Shown: in pieces, positions 18,886 through 29,634 of the stretch
Position numbering within the stretch: the first letter of the stretch is position 1
How the letters are laid out: every line of letters starts with the position of its first letter
DNA from: a virus
Length of the DNA stretch: 64,000 nucleotides
Strand: one strand, 5' to 3'
IMG/VR virus record: IMGVR_UViG_3300023174_006980
Span: 12,720 to 76,719 of that record
Notes under the pieces: model-generated
Database searches by the model: none
The model's input: the letters and a program-made list of their open reading frames with translations, nothing else
What the model was told of the DNA's origin: nothing
Made by a program: the position numbers and the translations under genes

Positions 18886-21800
18886 ATGGCAGAAAATAAA
18901 GACAGATATAAATCATCATTCGGTGTCATAAGATGTAATCCTAGGATTTCAGGTAACCTAAAAATAAGTGTTGATTCTAATCAGAATATATGGCTTAATT
19001 CTATAGATTCTAATTCAGAAATGTCTAAGAATCAATACAAGGGGTACAGAATAACAGATGATTCTAATTTTTCACAGGATGTTTATTCTTTTTTTGATAG
19101 GGGTAAAACACCATCTAATTTTATATTCGGACTAAAAAATGAGGATAGAGTTAGAGACTCACAAGCTAATTCACTAGAAGATCAATATTCAGGATTCTAT
19201 GATATGGGGGTTTCTCCATTAGTATCTAGTCTATATTCTGAAAGTTTTTCTTATCTTGCCCCTATGTGGATGGGTGAAAAAATTCCAAAATATTTTGTGA
19301 TTTTCAGAATCGACGATCCTATTGATTTTCCGTACCAGGTGAAAGTTTATTCTTTGGAGATTGGTAAAATATATAAGGTTATAAGCAATGTTGAGGTTGA
19401 TCCCATAACAGGAAATTCATATGAACCAAGCCCTTATATTATAAAATCCGCTAGAAAAACATACACATCAGGAGATATATTTACTGCTACCTCTACATCT
19501 TTTTCTGAGGTGGGAGGAGAGGGAAATGTTATATTGTTGGATTCTAATTATAATAAACAATTTATAGAGGATTTACAAGGGCATCTGATTAATAATATAT
19601 TACCAAAATCATCTATAGTTAAGACCTATTCTTTAGGTGAGAATTCAAAAATAGGAAAATACCTAAGAAAAATTAAAAAATCCCAAGCATATTCTCAATC
19701 GTTAATAGATGCAAAATTTGAGGAAAGATCCTTAAGCCTATATAATGGTGTTTCGGTTAAAGATGGTGTTTATTGTAGTAAAGGTGAATATCTAAATAAT
19801 ATATTCACTAATGATAACAACATAATAGAATTTGAAGAGCATATCACAGATGGGTTTAAAAGAAATGATGTTATATCGTATAATCTTTTAAACCTTGAAT
19901 TTTTCTTTGATGATCCTGATGCAGACTTATATTCTATTAACAGATATTTCGGTCTTTATGTTGAAGATATACCTACTGGTGAGTTTCAATTATCTGGAGA
20001 TCTTTTTTATACAAAATCTGCATCCAAAAATAACTTCCCTGAACCAAAATCGAAAACACAAATTTCTAATAAAATGATAGCACCATTCTATCAGAACAAT
20101 GATGGTGGTGTTAGATTGTTTCTTGATAATTATACTTTTTGGGGATATATTCCTAGTTCTGATGATGTTCATATAAACGAGAGACTTAAATTTTTCTATG
20201 TCAAGGATAAGAATAATAATTTTTATTCTTATAAACAAATACAGAATTATTCAACATTAGCACAGGATGAAGATAAATGGGGAGATTCTACAACACAAGA
20301 TGATCTTATAATACTAAAAAATAAAATTTTAGATCTATCATTATTTGCAGGTATAGATCCAATTAAAACCAAAGAATATAAAGCTGAAATAACAAACAGC
20401 CCAGGTAAATCATACTCTGTATTGAGAATAGGCGATCAATTAACACCAGGAGATGCTATAGTTTTATATCATCCATTTGGTGTAAATATTTTGAATAATA
20501 AAAGATTTGATTATTTTATTGCATCTGATTTAACTTATGTTATAGGAGGATGGGGACCAGGAAGCTACACTGAAGAGGGCGGAGCATATTATTTCCATCC
20601 CTTTGGTACTAAAGCACAGATTGCTAAAGCTATAGCTGATGTTTTAAATAGTGTTAATTATAAAACTTATAAATGTTTTAATATAGGCGAAGAGGTTATT
20701 GTGAGAACAGACGGAAACGACGAAAGAATAAACGAGCTTTTTTCATTCTATGCTTATAGCGACTATTATAATAAAACAGCTTTTACATCTACTGGTAAAC
20801 TTTTTGTCAATGAAATAGATTTTAAGGATTTAACATCTGATATAAAGTTTATAGGAGGATGTAAATATGAGAATACTAGGGTAAAGATAAGAAAGGAGGA
20901 TTCTAATAAAATAACTCCTGGTGTTAGCTATGTTAGAACTAATTATGGCTTATCTAAGGTTAAGTTTATAGGATCGTGTATAGATGAAACAACATCTGAA
21001 GTTGATACACTAACTATAAAAGATTATAATTCACATTCTATTATTGAAATAGAAGATCACACACATACAGTTTTATTAGGAACATCTAAAACATTAATTG
21101 TTGAAGAGCTGGTTAAAATACAAACGGGAGTTTTTTCAATGTATGGATTAAAAGATCTTGATATTGATTTTTGGTCTAGTACTTATGGGAAAACACCAAC
21201 TGAAGAGTACTATAGATATATTGATGTTCAACCTGACGGAATAACACCAATTATATCGGGTATGGATTATGCAGTTGCTGCAGATGCAGTAATAAAGTAT
21301 ATGGGAGTTAGGTATGGAGATTTATCTTCTGGTCCAATTTTTATATTCAGAGGCGGTACTGATCCAGCATATAAATTAATAACTCCATCGGTACTTTCTA
21401 GACAAAATGTTGTACCTTCTCTATATGTTAATGATATATACGATTTATTATCTACTGGAAATAATAATCCACAAACGGATCTTGATAAATTTCCAGGCTT
21501 TGCTGGATTGCAGGATATTAAATTTTTAGAAGATACGCCTGGAATCTTCACTAAGAAGGATCAATTATTTTTTGGTAAGACCGATAATGAATATGATGTT
21601 CTTAAAGAAAACTCACAAAGAGCATTAACCCTAAAATCAAGGGTTACCCCATATATTTCCAAATGGGTTTATGAGGGTGGAACAGATGTTAGAGGAAATG
21701 ATTACAGACTAAATGTAAGTCATGCTTTTACTCCGTTAAACTTCTCCCCTAGTTTTTTTAGCAATGGTAGAGATCCTTTATATTTTACTAATGAGTGGTA

Positions 21801-24618
21801 TTTATTAGAAAACCCACCAATATTAGCAACTACCTCCCTTTTAAAAACAAGCTCGAATTATTGTGTGGGTAATATAGATATGAATCTTCTAAAGAATGCA
21901 GATCCAGGTATACCTGATTATTTTTTAAATTATTTCACAGTAGAAGGAAATGATTTCTATAATATAGATCCTATAAGATACAGTGATCTTAAAAATAAAC
22001 CTTCAGAGGAAAAATACACATACTTCACATATAATAGCGCATCTGGATTTGCAGAAACTATATTTAGAGGAGTTAAAGTAAGGATAAAAGAAAGAACAGA
22101 TTCTTCATTACAAACAAAACAAAGAGATCAATTTAAGACAGGTGACAAGAAGTTTAATGATTATAAATTTTCATGTATTTTAAAATCAATAGAGGATCCA
22201 GATCCTTATAGTGTTACATCACCTATAACTTTTCAAATACATCAAAATGACACATTCAAGCATATTACCTTTCTAATAACAGTTATAATTAATGATTCTA
22301 GATTTATAGATCCATCTAAACTTATATCTGCCATATCCGATCCTACTGGTGTTGCGTCTATTGATGCATTTAATACAACGGGTACATGGTACTATAATCC
22401 ACAAGGAATATATGGGGGCATTGATTATTTTGGATTATACTCAGTTTCAAATAAAACAAAGCATATAGTAATAGGCCAAGATCCGCCACAATATCCGCCT
22501 GCGGATTATCTTAACTGGTCTACTAATAATCCATCAAAAAACCCTATAGCATCTGATACCGGTCACGTTAAGCTTAGCGCTGGACTTAATGCGACCTCTC
22601 TAGGTAGCATGGGAATTATTCCTTCTGTTGATTCAGGAACATTAAACGCAACAGGAATAATTCCTATAGCAGAAAATGAGAATTATGATACAGATTTAAG
22701 GGAAGAAATGAAATATAATGATCCCACCACAGTAGCTCCAAATGATCCTGCTCCAAAGGTCTTTAGCAAAAATTATTTATTTTCACCTAAGCAGGGAAAT
22801 ACTATTTTTCAGCCATTCTTTTCCACGCCTGTTCCAACTGGGGTAGGAAAGAACTATATTAATTTCAATCAAACGCGTTATTACGACCCTTTGACCGGAT
22901 ATTTCTTTAATTTTACGGGTGCTGGATATCCTCCACCTCTTTTTACTAGTATACCAATTCCAGGGATTCAGTATAATAATATAAAAAATAGAGCTGTATA
23001 TCAAAGCGAGTCGGGAGAAAATTATTGGGATTTTATATTTAATAAATTAAGTTTTCCTGAAATTTATAAATTATTTACATCAGACAGTCCTTATATTAAA
23101 TATACAAGATCATATTGGGACGAGACAACTAAATCCACTCTTTATAAGGATGACACCTTTGCATTAGAATTAGTTAAGCCATCATCTTTTTTACAAAAAT
23201 CCAGAAAGGTACCCCTTGAGGAAGATTTTAAACCTGATGTATTTTCCAATATTATTGCTGGATATAAATTAGCTGACGAGAAAACTATAACCGAGTATTT
23301 TAGATATGGAGGAGGATACTCTCCTAAATTTAAAGATGTATTATTTTTTGATAACATTAAAAATGATCATCTTAATGCCGATAAAAATCCCATATCTAAC
23401 ACAGATATGCTTGATGTACTTGTTACCCTTAGAGAAAAAACAGATGCTGAATCTGAATACTATGGTATTGGGTCTGATTATGAGATTTTAATAGACGGAA
23501 TGCCTAGGAAAAAATTAAGGCTTGTTAGAGGCAATACCTATAAATTTATTTTTGATAATTTTACATCTCTTGCAAATCCTCCATCTCCACCTTCATTAAT
23601 ACAAAAAGATTTTATAATATCTGGGGTAGAAAATTCGGGCGAGGTAGTTAACATATATTCTAAGGGATTTATAAACTCCGCTTCTGATAGCGTTTTATTT
23701 ACTATTCCACAGGATGCACCCGATATTTTATATTATGAGCTTTCTGGCGAAAATTTTTCAGGAGGAACTGCTATAATAGCTGAAGGATTAGAATTTAAAA
23801 ATACAACATTGGGAATTAACAAAGAATCTTTTGGACTAGTTAAAAATCTTAATTATTATAAATACTCAGGAATAAATCCATTTAGAATAGATCCACAGTC
23901 AGGATATAAATTAGAGTATCCCCTTATAGGTGAAACCCCTATAGATAGAAGAGATGTTTCTATATTTGAAAGTACTTGGGATCCTGGAAGATACAGAAAG
24001 TACTCATCATCCTTATCCTATGAAGAATTACCGGGAACCAAAAACATGACCGAGGATAAATCATTTTTTGGCAGCAAGGTTATGAAAACCCCAGAAACTA
24101 TTAAACAATCATTTCAGTCTAAATATCCAACATCAATAGACGATGTCTTTAATAGCAGCATTGAATTATATAAAGGATATGAAATACTTTGGGAACAAAC
24201 AGATACTTTGATAAAAGCTGTTTTATTACTTGACAGAACCGCAATTAAGCATTTTAAAACAGGCGGAGTTGCTAATTCTTTTAATAGTCTTTTAGTTTCT
24301 GAATTTGGTATAGGGAGTGAAACTTCACTTGATGATGATATAGATTCATATATTAATTCAAATATTATAAATGAATACGAAGCTAAGGAGATAACAGTCT
24401 ATATAAAGAAACTACCAACCATTTATGTAAAGGGTGTTTCTGCATTAGAGCCAATAATAACTGATCTTTCAGATTATAAAAAAATATCAAGCGGATTTTT
24501 TAAAGCTTCAAATAATAATATAACTAGGAGAGGACCTCTTGAATTTGAGTATACCTTAACTAAGGATCCTGGATATAACTATTCAGTAGCCTTTTCTTTT
24601 ATTATAGGAAAAATATAA
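18886..24618 (+). CDS. Putative virion structural protein (1910 aa)
   Basis: Long ORF; contains LRLVRGNTYKF...FTIPQDAPDILYY small beta-sandwich motif seen in phage virion proteins. Confidence 0.55.
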   Translation: MAENKDRYKSSFGVIRCNPRISGNLKISVDSNQNIWLNSIDSNSEMSKNQYKGYRITDDSNFSQDVYSFFDRGKTPSNFIFGLKNEDRVRDSQANSLEDQYSGFYDMGVSPLVSSLYSESFSYLAPMWMGEKIPKYFVIFRIDDPIDFPYQVKVYSLEIGKIYKVISNVEVDPITGNSYEPSPYIIKSARKTYTSGDIFTATSTSFSEVGGEGNVILLDSNYNKQFIEDLQGHLINNILPKSSIVKTYSLGENSKIGKYLRKIKKSQAYSQSLIDAKFEERSLSLYNGVSVKDGVYCSKGEYLNNIFTNDNNIIEFEEHITDGFKRNDVISYNLLNLEFFFDDPDADLYSINRYFGLYVEDIPTGEFQLSGDLFYTKSASKNNFPEPKSKTQISNKMIAPFYQNNDGGVRLFLDNYTFWGYIPSSDDVHINERLKFFYVKDKNNNFYSYKQIQNYSTLAQDEDKWGDSTTQDDLIILKNKILDLSLFAGIDPIKTKEYKAEITNSPGKSYSVLRIGDQLTPGDAIVLYHPFGVNILNNKRFDYFIASDLTYVIGGWGPGSYTEEGGAYYFHPFGTKAQIAKAIADVLNSVNYKTYKCFNIGEEVIVRTDGNDERINELFSFYAYSDYYNKTAFTSTGKLFVNEIDFKDLTSDIKFIGGCKYENTRVKIRKEDSNKITPGVSYVRTNYGLSKVKFIGSCIDETTSEVDTLTIKDYNSHSIIEIEDHTHTVLLGTSKTLIVEELVKIQTGVFSMYGLKDLDIDFWSSTYGKTPTEEYYRYIDVQPDGITPIISGMDYAVAADAVIKYMGVRYGDLSSGPIFIFRGGTDPAYKLITPSVLSRQNVVPSLYVNDIYDLLSTGNNNPQTDLDKFPGFAGLQDIKFLEDTPGIFTKKDQLFFGKTDNEYDVLKENSQRALTLKSRVTPYISKWVYEGGTDVRGNDYRLNVSHAFTPLNFSPSFFSNGRDPLYFTNEWYLLENPPILATTSLLKTSSNYCVGNIDMNLLKNADPGIPDYFLNYFTVEGNDFYNIDPIRYSDLKNKPSEEKYTYFTYNSASGFAETIFRGVKVRIKERTDSSLQTKQRDQFKTGDKKFNDYKFSCILKSIEDPDPYSVTSPITFQIHQNDTFKHITFLITVIINDSRFIDPSKLISAISDPTGVASIDAFNTTGTWYYNPQGIYGGIDYFGLYSVSNKTKHIVIGQDPPQYPPADYLNWSTNNPSKNPIASDTGHVKLSAGLNATSLGSMGIIPSVDSGTLNATGIIPIAENENYDTDLREEMKYNDPTTVAPNDPAPKVFSKNYLFSPKQGNTIFQPFFSTPVPTGVGKNYINFNQTRYYDPLTGYFFNFTGAGYPPPLFTSIPIPGIQYNNIKNRAVYQSESGENYWDFIFNKLSFPEIYKLFTSDSPYIKYTRSYWDETTKSTLYKDDTFALELVKPSSFLQKSRKVPLEEDFKPDVFSNIIAGYKLADEKTITEYFRYGGGYSPKFKDVLFFDNIKNDHLNADKNPISNTDMLDVLVTLREKTDAESEYYGIGSDYEILIDGMPRKKLRLVRGNTYKFIFDNFTSLANPPSPPSLIQKDFIISGVENSGEVVNIYSKGFINSASDSVLFTIPQDAPDILYYELSGENFSGGTAIIAEGLEFKNTTLGINKESFGLVKNLNYYKYSGINPFRIDPQSGYKLEYPLIGETPIDRRDVSIFESTWDPGRYRKYSSSLSYEELPGTKNMTEDKSFFGSKVMKTPETIKQSFQSKYPTSIDDVFNSSIELYKGYEILWEQTDTLIKAVLLLDRTAIKHFKTGGVANSFNSLLVSEFGIGSETSLDDDIDSYINSNIINEYEAKEITVYIKKLPTIYVKGVSALEPIITDLSDYKKISSGFFKASNNNITRRGPLEFEYTLTKDPGYNYSVAFSFIIGKI

Positions 24619-24633
24619 GGAAGTTTAGATAGT

Positions 24634-24641
24634 GATATATA
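24634..24641 (+). promoter_or_regulatory. GATATATA putative late promoter
   Basis: gtGATATATAtaaa, 21 nt upstream of ATG 24663. Confidence 0.65.
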
Positions 24642-24662
24642 TAAAAACTAATTAAGTTAGAG

Positions 24663-27600
24663 ATGCCAAAAATTAATGTACTGAATATAGCTCCGGGAGA
24701 CAATCAAACAATCCTTATTGATAAGATTAATTATAATTTTGATCAGATTCTCACAGCTGGGGGTGGACCTCAAGGTCCTCAGGGTATAAGGGGAGCAACC
24801 GGAGCCATTGGACCGCAGGGTATACAGGGACCAGTGGGTCCTCAGGGTCAAAAAGGAGCTAGATGGTATGTTCAATCTGCAGCTCCTGCTTTTGGAACGG
24901 TAGTTCACAGTCCTTGGGGAGAGCCTGAGCTTGGAGATTATTGGCTAGCAGATTCAAACGATCCAAATCCCTATGGTATTTATGTGTATAATGATAATGG
25001 TACAGGAACTTTAAATTGGGAATATAGCGGGGTTTTCTTTAATAATTCATCATTATTTACAGCATTTGATAATACTAATGCTGACGTTGATAGAGTTATT
25101 CTACATGATGATATAAATGCTCCTAATTATTCCTTAGTTATCAGTGATTATGCTGTTACTACAGGAGATATCGATTATACATATGATGAATTACCATACA
25201 CACAATTTGGAATTAATAGTGAAAAAGCCAAATTAAAAATTGCAACTGATCACACAACAAGAACACTTAGCCTGTTGTCTTTTGGTCGTGCAAATATGGA
25301 TAATGCCAATGCAAATTCTTCCCAATATTCAAGAACTGTTAATCCAAGATTTGAATGGAAAAATCTATCAGTGGGGACAGATTATGATATAAAATTTAAT
25401 GTACCAAATTCTAATTATGATATAGAATTAACTGGACCTGGAAAAGTTTTTTATAGCAAAGCTTCATATGTTAATCTAGAGGGTACTGCTCAAGTAAATA
25501 TTACTGGACCTAATGTAAGCATTAGAAGAAATGGAGCTGGCAATCTTTTTAATAACTACGGCACAGGAGATTACTATGCAGAGGGTAATAAAATTAGATA
25601 TAAGCCTGATTATAGCACATCTACAGGCAATTTTATAATTGGTAGTGATGTTACAACGCCAGGTACTAAAGGCCTTGTAGTATCCTCTATAGGATCAGCT
25701 AGTGGTAGTGGAAATTCTTTAGTTTTTAAGGCAGACGCAACTGCTTCAAATAAATATTACGGAAGAGTTATTGCTGAAAAACAATCATCTGCTACTCCTT
25801 TAGCTGGTATTGGATTTGCTGTGGATCTTGTTGATAACTCAAACAACACTAGAATTGATTTTTCAGTAAGCAGTGTTTCTAAAGGATTGGATATAAATAG
25901 ACTAACTTTAGATAGCGATGGAAACCTCCAATTTAAATTTGGATCTCTCACAGGAACATCAAAGAATGCAAAGATCTACATGCAAACCGCAGGGACTAGC
26001 GATCCAGGAGCAAATCTTTCAGTTTCTGCTGGTGATGCTGTAAGCGGAATAGCTCAGGGCGGTACTATAGAGATAAATGGGGGTTTAGGTGGATTAAACC
26101 CCTCAACTACAAGTGGCGACGTTATAATAAACCCAGGAAACACTGTTAAAGGTAATTCTAATCCTAATGCAGGTGCTATTTATTTACATAATAATTTTCC
26201 ATTAAAGGGAAATAACACAGGTGTTGCCATAGGTATAAATACTTCTACAGATGTAAATGCATCACTTGTTATATCTGATGTTAATCCCAATATGGGTGTT
26301 GACATCTTGCAAATAAAAACACAACAGCAAAGATCTACTAACGATTATTTCTTTGGATTTGATTCTGATGGATATGTTTCTAGAGGTCTTCCTTATAATC
26401 CTAATCTTTATGACGCAAATTCTGGAACTGGATATCAGCTTTCCGCAGATCCTACAAATCTAGATTACTATATAGAAGGAGATTGGGGGAGCACATTAAC
26501 ACTACAAACTAGAGGGGATGCTACAACTACTGGATGGGATCCATCACTATATTTAACTGTATTAAGATCTAGATTTACCAGAATAGGCGACACAGTTCAG
26601 GTTGACTTTGTTGCTAAGATTAATATAACTTCACCTTTACCTACTGGATATCCTGCTTCTGATGGTGTAATGTATATAGCAGGATTACCATATAAGCCGG
26701 ATTTCGATAGGGGTGCAGGAATCGTATATGATTACAATATTCCTGTTATGCCTAGATTTTCAGTAAAGGCAGCTAATATAGTACAATCAGCAACCAGTAC
26801 AGTAGCTCAATCCCAGATACCTGCGGGAACTATTATAGCATGGGCCGGACCAACAGCAACTAAACCCAATGGATGGGCAGTTTGTGACGGCACTAAATAT
26901 AATAAAGTTGCAGCTGCTAGCGGTCCTGGATATCCTGATTTATTTGCTGCAATAGGGTCAACATATAATGTTCCTCTTACACCAACTACTCAGTTTTGTG
27001 TTCCCGACTATAGAGGAAAATTTTTAAGGGGACTTGGCTCAGTTGGAGGAATATCAACAACACAAGCATCTGCTGCATTAGGAGCAGTACAACAAGATTC
27101 ACTTAAATCGCACACGCATACAATTGATGGCGGGGGTGATGCTTATATAGATGATGTATATCCTGGAAATTTAAAGGGCAGACAAAATCAGGATAATAGA
27201 ATGGTTTCATATACAACATCTGCAACAGGCGACGTTGAAACACGGCCAGTTAACCAGTCTGTTAATTATCTTATTTATCTAGGAAAATCAACCGATGTAC
27301 AATCTACAACTGTAACCACAACAAATATACCACAGATGGATTTAGGAGCTGCATTTGTGTATGAGAATTCTAGTGAAACTAGGCTTTATCTTTATAATGA
27401 TGGCGGAACTTTTAATTTAGATAATTTTCCTGCTAATGGAGGTGGGACATCATATCTTAGTGGATCATTCTCATATTTCACGCAGGATTCAACAACATAC
27501 GCTATTCCCGGATGTACAACTCCTACTTGGATTAGTGTCGAGTTTCTTACTAGCAATCAGCTTAAATTCAAATGGCGTAATGGTTTTGGAAGTCCTACAA

Positions 27601-28574
27601 CATTTATAATAGAAGCATCTCTCAATAACACCAACTGGATAACTTTACATAATAATCTTCCTCCTACATCCCCTGGGGTTGTTATAGTACCAACTCCTGC
27701 TGGATATCCTAATACAACAGGAGATCTAAAAACATATTTTAGAATCACACAAAATTGTGCTAGTGGTCCAGGAGCAGGATCTGCAACATACACATACCAA
27801 GCTACCTCTTGTGTTGCCCCTACCTTTGTTAGACTTGATGGATTATCATCTAGCACTGCAAGCCTTGTTTGGACAAGCGGAACAGGAGTAACAGATACCA
27901 CTGCAGTTCTTGTAGACTATAGCATAGATGGTGGAACTACATGGAGTAATAACCCAGGAGGATTCGGGGGAACACAACCTGTGGCTTCAACTAGTCCTTA
28001 CACATTAGTAGGTTTACAGTCAGGATGGAAAGTTAGAATACATCAAATATGTAGTAATAATAATCAGCCTGTTTATGCAGTTCAGACATGGCAGTTTACA
28101 CCTCCTGCTACACTTCCTATAAACCAATATATTTATCGTGCAGGTCCAGCAGGGAACAGGGGAACAGTTGGTGGATATGCTAACCAATGGTTCCTAACAG
28201 TGAACTTAACTGATACGGATCCTGCGACATTCACTCCTGGTATATTTACAGCCTTCCCTGACCCTGCTGTTGCATTATGTCCTTATGATGTTTCTTATAT
28301 AACAGGTACCTATAGGAGAGCAGATAATTCAATAGGAACTTGGCAAGTTGTTACTAGCGTACTAACTGGAGGATTAAACACGACTATAGCCCTTAATGGA
28401 ACACAAGCTAAATTCTATATGAAAGATCCTACTAATTCCGCCCAGATTTTAACCTCCGCTCAAACTGCTGCTAATCCGCAGTTTACTATAACCCCTAGTT
28501 CGACCCCAACTATTTTCTGCTCCAGCGGGGCACAACCTGTACAATTATATTTAAATGATGCTCTTGGTACATAA
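24663..28574 (+). CDS. Tail fibre with collagen repeat, tail-collar domain and two FN3-like domains
   Basis: About 10 G-X-Y triplets (GPQGPQGIRG...); collar motif IPAGTIIAWAG...GWAVCDG...DLFAAIG...PDYRGKFLRG...SHTH...ETRPVN; paired CTTPT/CVAPT beta-sandwich units. Confidence 0.75.
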   Translation: MPKINVLNIAPGDNQTILIDKINYNFDQILTAGGGPQGPQGIRGATGAIGPQGIQGPVGPQGQKGARWYVQSAAPAFGTVVHSPWGEPELGDYWLADSNDPNPYGIYVYNDNGTGTLNWEYSGVFFNNSSLFTAFDNTNADVDRVILHDDINAPNYSLVISDYAVTTGDIDYTYDELPYTQFGINSEKAKLKIATDHTTRTLSLLSFGRANMDNANANSSQYSRTVNPRFEWKNLSVGTDYDIKFNVPNSNYDIELTGPGKVFYSKASYVNLEGTAQVNITGPNVSIRRNGAGNLFNNYGTGDYYAEGNKIRYKPDYSTSTGNFIIGSDVTTPGTKGLVVSSIGSASGSGNSLVFKADATASNKYYGRVIAEKQSSATPLAGIGFAVDLVDNSNNTRIDFSVSSVSKGLDINRLTLDSDGNLQFKFGSLTGTSKNAKIYMQTAGTSDPGANLSVSAGDAVSGIAQGGTIEINGGLGGLNPSTTSGDVIINPGNTVKGNSNPNAGAIYLHNNFPLKGNNTGVAIGINTSTDVNASLVISDVNPNMGVDILQIKTQQQRSTNDYFFGFDSDGYVSRGLPYNPNLYDANSGTGYQLSADPTNLDYYIEGDWGSTLTLQTRGDATTTGWDPSLYLTVLRSRFTRIGDTVQVDFVAKINITSPLPTGYPASDGVMYIAGLPYKPDFDRGAGIVYDYNIPVMPRFSVKAANIVQSATSTVAQSQIPAGTIIAWAGPTATKPNGWAVCDGTKYNKVAAASGPGYPDLFAAIGSTYNVPLTPTTQFCVPDYRGKFLRGLGSVGGISTTQASAALGAVQQDSLKSHTHTIDGGGDAYIDDVYPGNLKGRQNQDNRMVSYTTSATGDVETRPVNQSVNYLIYLGKSTDVQSTTVTTTNIPQMDLGAAFVYENSSETRLYLYNDGGTFNLDNFPANGGGTSYLSGSFSYFTQDSTTYAIPGCTTPTWISVEFLTSNQLKFKWRNGFGSPTTFIIEASLNNTNWITLHNNLPPTSPGVVIVPTPAGYPNTTGDLKTYFRITQNCASGPGAGSATYTYQATSCVAPTFVRLDGLSSSTASLVWTSGTGVTDTTAVLVDYSIDGGTTWSNNPGGFGGTQPVASTSPYTLVGLQSGWKVRIHQICSNNNQPVYAVQTWQFTPPATLPINQYIYRAGPAGNRGTVGGYANQWFLTVNLTDTDPATFTPGIFTAFPDPAVALCPYDVSYITGTYRRADNSIGTWQVVTSVLTGGLNTTIALNGTQAKFYMKDPTNSAQILTSAQTAANPQFTITPSSTPTIFCSSGAQPVQLYLNDALGT

Positions 28575-28597
28575 ACTTTTAATTAGTAAAAAAATAT

Positions 28598-28879
28598 ATG
28601 AATAGCAAGGAAAAAAATATCATAAGATCTATAATGAATAATTATAGATCTATGCACAAAGAATTGGAATCCTATGAGAAAGTTTTAAATGAAATGGAAT
28701 CAGGATCTTTAGAAAAAGATTCGAATATGATAAGTGATACTGGTAATAAAATAAAAGAATGTGTTCAAAGATTAAAATCGCAAAGAGAGGATGAAGTTAA
28801 TTTCTTTAATGAGATAGGTAAAAAATACGGGCCTGGTGAATTTAATCCTATAACGTTTGAATATAACCTAAAGAAATGA
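28598..28879 (+). CDS. Hypothetical coiled-coil protein
   Basis: 93 aa; ATGA overlap with next gene. Confidence 0.6.
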   Translation: MNSKEKNIIRSIMNNYRSMHKELESYEKVLNEMESGSLEKDSNMISDTGNKIKECVQRLKSQREDEVNFFNEIGKKYGPGEFNPITFEYNLKK

Positions 28880-29613
28880 AAAATAACTTCTTTCTTATTG
28901 TGATTATTTTGGCTTTAGTACTTCTCTTTGTTAGGCAATGTCATAAAACAAACGAACTAAAAATAGATAAAGAAATAGCAGAGAGTAATCTAGATGCTTT
29001 AAAAGACACTGTGGCAACTGAAAAAAATAAAGCAGGAGAAATAGAATTCACAAAGCAGGCTTTAATATCTAAATCAGAAAATTTAGAAAAATGGAATAAA
29101 GAATTAGCAGATCAGGTTAAAAAAGAGAAAGGAAAAGTCATTTATATTCAAAAAAGTTCAGGTCAGGTTATTTCAGTTCCCACTGAGGTGATAACAAATA
29201 TTGTTAACGTATATGATAACGAAACAGCATCAATTGAAACCCAATTTGATACTGTTTATAGCCCAGACAACTACAGAAGACTTAGTTTAATGACAACAGT
29301 CAAAATGGATTCTAGTAAAATAAAATCATCATCATCACGGATAACTAAAGATGATATAGGATTTAATATAGTGACTGGATTAAAAGAAGATGGAGGAAAA
29401 ATAAGGATAATTGTCAGATCTGATTATCCAGGATTAACTTTTACTAAAATAGACGGAGCTCTAGTAGATCCTCATAAATCAGAGGTTTTAAAAAGAATGT
29501 TTCCTCAGAAAAAATTTGGTATAGGACCTGTTCTTGGATATGGTATTAATAGCACATTAAAACCTGGATTTTTTGCCGGCGTTGGACTTAGCTACAATAT
29601 TATTCGTTGGTAA
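28876..29613 (+). CDS. Membrane-anchored coiled-coil protein, possible spanin-like lysis accessory
   Basis: N-terminal hydrophobic helix followed by RQC, coiled coil, C-terminal amphipathic beta strands ending VGLSYNIIRW. Confidence 0.45.
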   Translation: MKNNFFLIVIILALVLLFVRQCHKTNELKIDKEIAESNLDALKDTVATEKNKAGEIEFTKQALISKSENLEKWNKELADQVKKEKGKVIYIQKSSGQVISVPTEVITNIVNVYDNETASIETQFDTVYSPDNYRRLSLMTTVKMDSSKIKSSSSRITKDDIGFNIVTGLKEDGGKIRIIVRSDYPGLTFTKIDGALVDPHKSEVLKRMFPQKKFGIGPVLGYGINSTLKPGFFAGVGLSYNIIRW

Positions 29614-29620
29614 TAAACCT

Positions 29621-29628
29621 GATATATA
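29621..29628 (+). promoter_or_regulatory. GATATATA putative late promoter
   Basis: ctGATATATAgagaacATG. Confidence 0.65.
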
Positions 29629-29634
29629 GAGAAC

